From contig DASUAH010000081.1 in NCBI GenBank assembly GCA_035763885.1, positions 1 through 49,033 of the forward strand: 49,033 nt of DNA, read 5' to 3'. This stretch comes from Gemmatimonadales bacterium. Lineage in GTDB: Bacteria > Gemmatimonadota > Gemmatimonadetes > Gemmatimonadales > GWC2-71-9. The translations under genes were made by a program, and so were the position numbers. Under the pieces are notes generated by a model. That model was not told the origin of the DNA, did no database searches, and was given only the letters and a program-made list of their open reading frames with translations. Shown in pieces: positions 46,288-49,033 of the stretch. How positions within the stretch are numbered: position 1 is the first letter of the stretch; each line of letters opens with the position of its first letter.

Positions 46288-46314
46288 AACGCCGCGGCGG
46301 GGAGAGCAGTTCTC
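46288..46314 (-). promoter_or_regulatory. candidate ECF-type promoter (GAGAAC-N17-CGTT) upstream of DM13-sigma-antisigma operon
   Basis: The minus strand reads GGAGAAC tgctctccccgccgcgg CGTT. It lies between the upstream terminator (46323-46354) and the DM13 ATG (46243). Confidence 0.35.
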
Positions 46315-46322
46315 CGGCAAGA

Positions 46323-46354
46323 AAAAAGGCGCCCGTCCCCAAGGACGGACGCCA
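46323..46354 (-). terminator. rho-independent terminator
   Basis: The minus strand reads GGCGTCCGTCC-ttgg-GGACGGGCGCC (11 bp, one G-U pair) followed by TTTTTTC. Confidence 0.7.
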
Positions 46355-46375
46355 GGACGAGCGCCGGCGCGCGGC

Positions 46376-46465
46376 TACCCGGAGCGCCGGCTGCTCGCCA
46401 GCACGAGCACGAGCCCTCCAACGATGGCCAGCCGGCCGAGGATCGGCGGAACGCCTGATCGCACG
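46376..46465 (-). CDS. possible 29-aa membrane peptide
   Basis: GTG 46465 is preceded by GAGG (5-nt spacing), 11 nt after the lmo0937-like stop. It encodes (M)RSGVPPILGRLAIVGGLVLVLASSRRSG. The stop is 22 nt upstream of the terminator. It is too short for statistics. Confidence 0.25.
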
Positions 46466-46476
46466 ACGGCCTCGCG

Positions 46477-46626
46477 TCAGATCGGGCGGCGGCCCTGAAT
46501 CACCCGGATCAACACCACGGCGATAGCCAGGATGAGCAGGATGTGAATGAAGCCGCCAAACGTGGTACCCGACACCAGCCCCAGCAGCCACAGCACCAGC
46601 AGGATGATGAAGATCGTCCAGATCAT
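46477..46626 (-). CDS. lmo0937 family small membrane protein (49 aa; below the ORF-track cutoff)
   Basis: MIWTIFIILLVLWLLGLVSGTTFGGFIHILLILAIAVVLIRVIQGRRPI is the family's hallmark sequence. GGAGG RBS upstream. Confidence 0.75.
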   Translation of the reverse strand: MIWTIFIILLVLWLLGLVSGTTFGGFIHILLILAIAVVLIRVIQGRRPI

Positions 46627-46725
46627 TGCCCCCTCCACTCGGGTTTCGGCCTGCCTAGGCTACACCTCCCGGGCGGGGGGTGCGGTGACTGTGGTCACCC
46701 GGTGAAGGGGCGCAGCGCAGCAGCT

Positions 46726-48138
46726 CTACTGTACCGCCCGGAACGCGTTCACCCGGCCGGCGCCGTACGCATCGTCGTTACCGGGCTTGCCCAGATCTTC
46801 GGCCGAGGCGCGGAGCCGCGCCTCGAGCTGGGCGGGGTGCATGCGGCCGAACTTGCCTACGATCAGCGCTGCCACCCCGGCAGCGGCAGGCGCGGCTTGG
46901 CTCGTGCCAGCCGCGCGCGCCCAACCGCCGACGTTGGTGCTGAGCACCATGTCGAGGAACCAGGCGCCGTTGGGGAAGAGGGTGAAGTCGCCGCCGGGGG
47001 CCCCGAAGTCGATGGCCGACTGGCCGAAGTTGCTGTACGACGCGAGCCGGTCGAAGTACGCGAGCGCTCCGAGGCTCGCGAAGTCCACCGGACCGAGCGC
47101 GGAGATGGTGAGGACGTTCGTGGACTGCGCCGGAAGCACGATCTTGTTGTTGCTGTGATCGAAGTCCACCGGCACGCCCGGCGGATCGCCGTTGCCCGCC
47201 GCGGCCACGATGAGCACGCCCTGCTGGTACGCGAAGGTGGTGACGCGTCCCAGGAACGAGGCGAGCTGGGCGATCCCGGTCTTGCCGGTCCGCTCGAAGG
47301 TGGCGCCGAGGCTCAGGTTGACGATGTCCGCGCCCGCCCCGCCCTGCTCGGTGGGCGTGGAGGCGTAGATCAGGCCCTGGATCAGTCCGCCGAACGTGCC
47401 GCTCCCGTCGTGCAGCACCTTCACGGGGATGATCGTCGCGCGCGGTGCGATGCCGATCGTGCCAAGTGCCGCCGCGCCCGCCACGATCCCGGCGACGTGG
47501 GTCCCGTGCCAGAAGGGGCCCACGTCCTCGTCCCAGTCGGTCGGGTTGCCGTTGGCGTCGGTGGCGAAGGACACCGCATGCGCGGCGTCGATGTTCGGGG
47601 CGAGGTCGGGGTGCGGGGCCCAGATGCCGCCGTCGAGAACGGCGACGCGGGCGCCCTGACCGACCTGGCCGGCCGCCCACGCAGCGGGCGCCTGGATGGC
47701 GCGCGGGGCCCACTGCTCCGCGAAGAAGAACGCTCCATCCTCGATGGCCTGCCCCTTCACCCCGGTGGCCGCCGGTTCGGCGGCCGCGTAGAAGCGCGCA
47801 TCCGGCCGCACCCACGCTACCCGTTGGTCCGCGACCGCATGGGCGATGCCCTGGATGCGCTCGGCACGTGCGGCAAAGTCGGGGCGCGCCGACTGCGCGA
47901 TGGCCAAGCCGACCTGCGGAAGGCTCGCGGCAAGCCGTCCGCCGGCCGCCTCGACTTGCTTCTCGAGCCCAGCGGGGAGCTGGTTACCGGGCGCGGCGAG
48001 GATGTACTGCCGGTCGCCGGCGGCGGCGCGGGCGGCGAACTGTGGTGTTTCGGGGGAGGACAGCGGATCGGTGCCGCAGGCGGCCAGCGCGAGGACGCCG
48101 GCGACCGCGCCCCCCAAGGGGAGTCGGGCAAGACGCAT
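46726..48138 (-). CDS. S8 family serine peptidase (subtilisin-like), lipoprotein
   Basis: Catalytic triad blocks VAVLDGGI, HGTHVAGIV and GTSQAAPAAAGVAAL. ATG 48138 gives the lipobox MRLARLPLGGAVAGVLALAAC. An in-frame upstream ATG at 48255 is less likely. Confidence 0.85.
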   Translation of the reverse strand: MRLARLPLGGAVAGVLALAACGTDPLSSPETPQFAARAAAGDRQYILAAPGNQLPAGLEKQVEAAGGRLAASLPQVGLAIAQSARPDFAARAERIQGIAHAVADQRVAWVRPDARFYAAAEPAATGVKGQAIEDGAFFFAEQWAPRAIQAPAAWAAGQVGQGARVAVLDGGIWAPHPDLAPNIDAAHAVSFATDANGNPTDWDEDVGPFWHGTHVAGIVAGAAALGTIGIAPRATIIPVKVLHDGSGTFGGLIQGLIYASTPTEQGGAGADIVNLSLGATFERTGKTGIAQLASFLGRVTTFAYQQGVLIVAAAGNGDPPGVPVDFDHSNNKIVLPAQSTNVLTISALGPVDFASLGALAYFDRLASYSNFGQSAIDFGAPGGDFTLFPNGAWFLDMVLSTNVGGWARAAGTSQAAPAAAGVAALIVGKFGRMHPAQLEARLRASAEDLGKPGNDDAYGAGRVNAFRAVQ

Positions 48139-48233
48139 GGCGATGCCCCTGGTTCGAGGTGGGAGACTGCGAGGCCGCACAAACATGCCCGGACGCCATG
48201 ACGTGGACAAGGCATTTCCGCGCGTGAGGTACC

Positions 48234-48271
48234 GAAAAAGTGAAGGGCCCGTCACTGGACGGGCCCCTTCG
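48234..48271 (-). terminator. rho-independent terminator between the two S8 genes
   Basis: The minus strand reads AAGGGGCCCGTC-cagt-GACGGGCCCTT (1-nt bulge) followed by caCTTTTTC. It starts 19 nt after the upstream S8 stop. Confidence 0.65.
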
Positions 48272-48289
48272 CATCAGGCGAGCGGGTGG

Positions 48290-49033
48290 TCAGGAGAAGC
48301 AGGACGAGTTGAGCGCTGCGTCGGCGGTGATGAAGCCGTGGCCGCTCCGATCGGTGCCCCAGTTTGCTGGTGTGATCAGTGGCGCCGGCACGAGACCCGC
48401 CGGGGCGGGGCTCACCTGCTGGTTCGTGTCGGTCAGGGGCTGGGCGGCGGTTTCCAGGCAGCTCTCGATCTGCGCGGGCGTGAGCGCCGGGTTCTTCTGG
48501 AGCATCAGCGCGACGATCCCCGCAACGTGCGGCGTGGCCTGCGAGGTCCCCCCCGCGATAGCGTAGTTGATCTGGCCGTTGTTGAAACCCCACGGCCCGA
48601 CGACCCAGGAGCCCGGCGCGGCGACGTCGAGATCGTAGTCGGCGCCCGTGTCCAGCCCGTCCGGATCCCGGGACGAGAACGACGAGACGTAGAAGTTCGC
48701 CGACGTATAGGGCTCGGGCACGTCGCACTGACGCCAGAACCGGCCTGGCAGCCGCGCGTCGAAGGCGGGATCGATGATGGTGCAGGCGGGGTTGAACGGC
48801 GCGACACCCCGGTTGTTCCACTCGCCGATCCAGCCCGCCGACGCGACGGCGATCACGGGGGCGTAGCCGCCGGGATAGCTCAAGTTCCCGTTCGGCCCGG
48901 AGTTGCCGACCGCCGCGACGACCACGACGCCGTTGCTGGTCGCGTAGTCGAGCGACTCCTGCTCTACAGCGTCGAGCACGGAGCCGCCGAGGCTCATGTT
49001 GATGACCGCGCGGCTGCCCGCGAGCGGGCCGCC
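48290..49033 (-). CDS. S8 family serine peptidase, C-terminal part (5' end beyond window)
   Basis: The frame is open to the window edge (GGPLAGSRAVINMSLGG...). AAVGNSGPNG (Asn block) and GGTSQATPHVAGIVALM (catalytic Ser). Confidence 0.85.
   Translation of the reverse strand, partial: GGPLAGSRAVINMSLGGSVLDAVEQESLDYATSNGVVVVAAVGNSGPNGNLSYPGGYAPVIAVASAGWIGEWNNRGVAPFNPACTIIDPAFDARLPGRFWRQCDVPEPYTSANFYVSSFSSRDPDGLDTGADYDLDVAAPGSWVVGPWGFNNGQINYAIAGGTSQATPHVAGIVALMLQKNPALTPAQIESCLETAAQPLTDTNQQVSPAPAGLVPAPLITPANWGTDRSGHGFITADAALNSSCFS

Overview
49 kb of very GC-rich (about 70% by eye, not computed), densely coding bacterial chromosome. I call about 55 CDS. I found no rRNA, tRNA, CRISPR array, transposase, integrase or prophage gene. 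The lineage cannot be determined from sequence alone; the gene content (TPR-tailed Ser/Thr kinase, many lipoproteins and periplasmic enzymes) fits a high-GC Gram-negative such as Gemmatimonadota, Acidobacteriota or Myxococcota. Gene order, left to right: (1) the 3' part of pqqE, translationally coupled to an ABC-2 exporter; (2) two hypothetical genes; (3) a glycerophosphodiesterase head-to-head with an exported amidohydrolase, then a Tat-signal M24 peptidase; (4) a kinase-TPR protein; (5) a beta-rich protein - YceI - PAS histidine kinase - NarL-type regulator operon; (6) pruA; (7) an orphan molybdate/tungstate-type binding protein facing a ModE-N-like regulator; (8) lipoprotein-cutA-mgtE; (9) a tight 7-gene chemosensory operon cheY-cheA-cheW-mcp-HEAT-cheR-cheB; (10) yfcC-like carrier, trxC, GNAT; (11) a soluble acyl-ACP desaturase operon with yggT and yggU; (12) metH plus a homocysteine-methyltransferase/MTHFR fusion, behind an unusually AT-rich structured leader; (13) PEBP, PAP2, DUF2231, membrane LuxR, acyl-CoA dehydrogenase, PBP4; (14) a DM13 - ECF sigma - ZAS anti-sigma operon; (15) tiny membrane proteins; (16) two S8 peptidases. 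The most unusual things I can see directly are four. First, a palindromic repeat family built from CAGACGGY octamers, with one copy in frame inside the cheB interdomain linker, one supplying the C-terminus and stop codon of trxC, and a half copy abutting the yggT stop. Second, the HEAT-repeat protein embedded in the che operon, which suggests an alternative-cellular-function chemosensory system. Third, the metH leader: promoter-like hexamers, a pseudoknot-capable hairpin and an intrinsic terminator. Fourth, a shared GAAC-N17-CGTT ECF-type promoter motif upstream of both the DM13/sigma operon and the GNAT gene. All functional calls come from motif recognition by eye; no database search was run.
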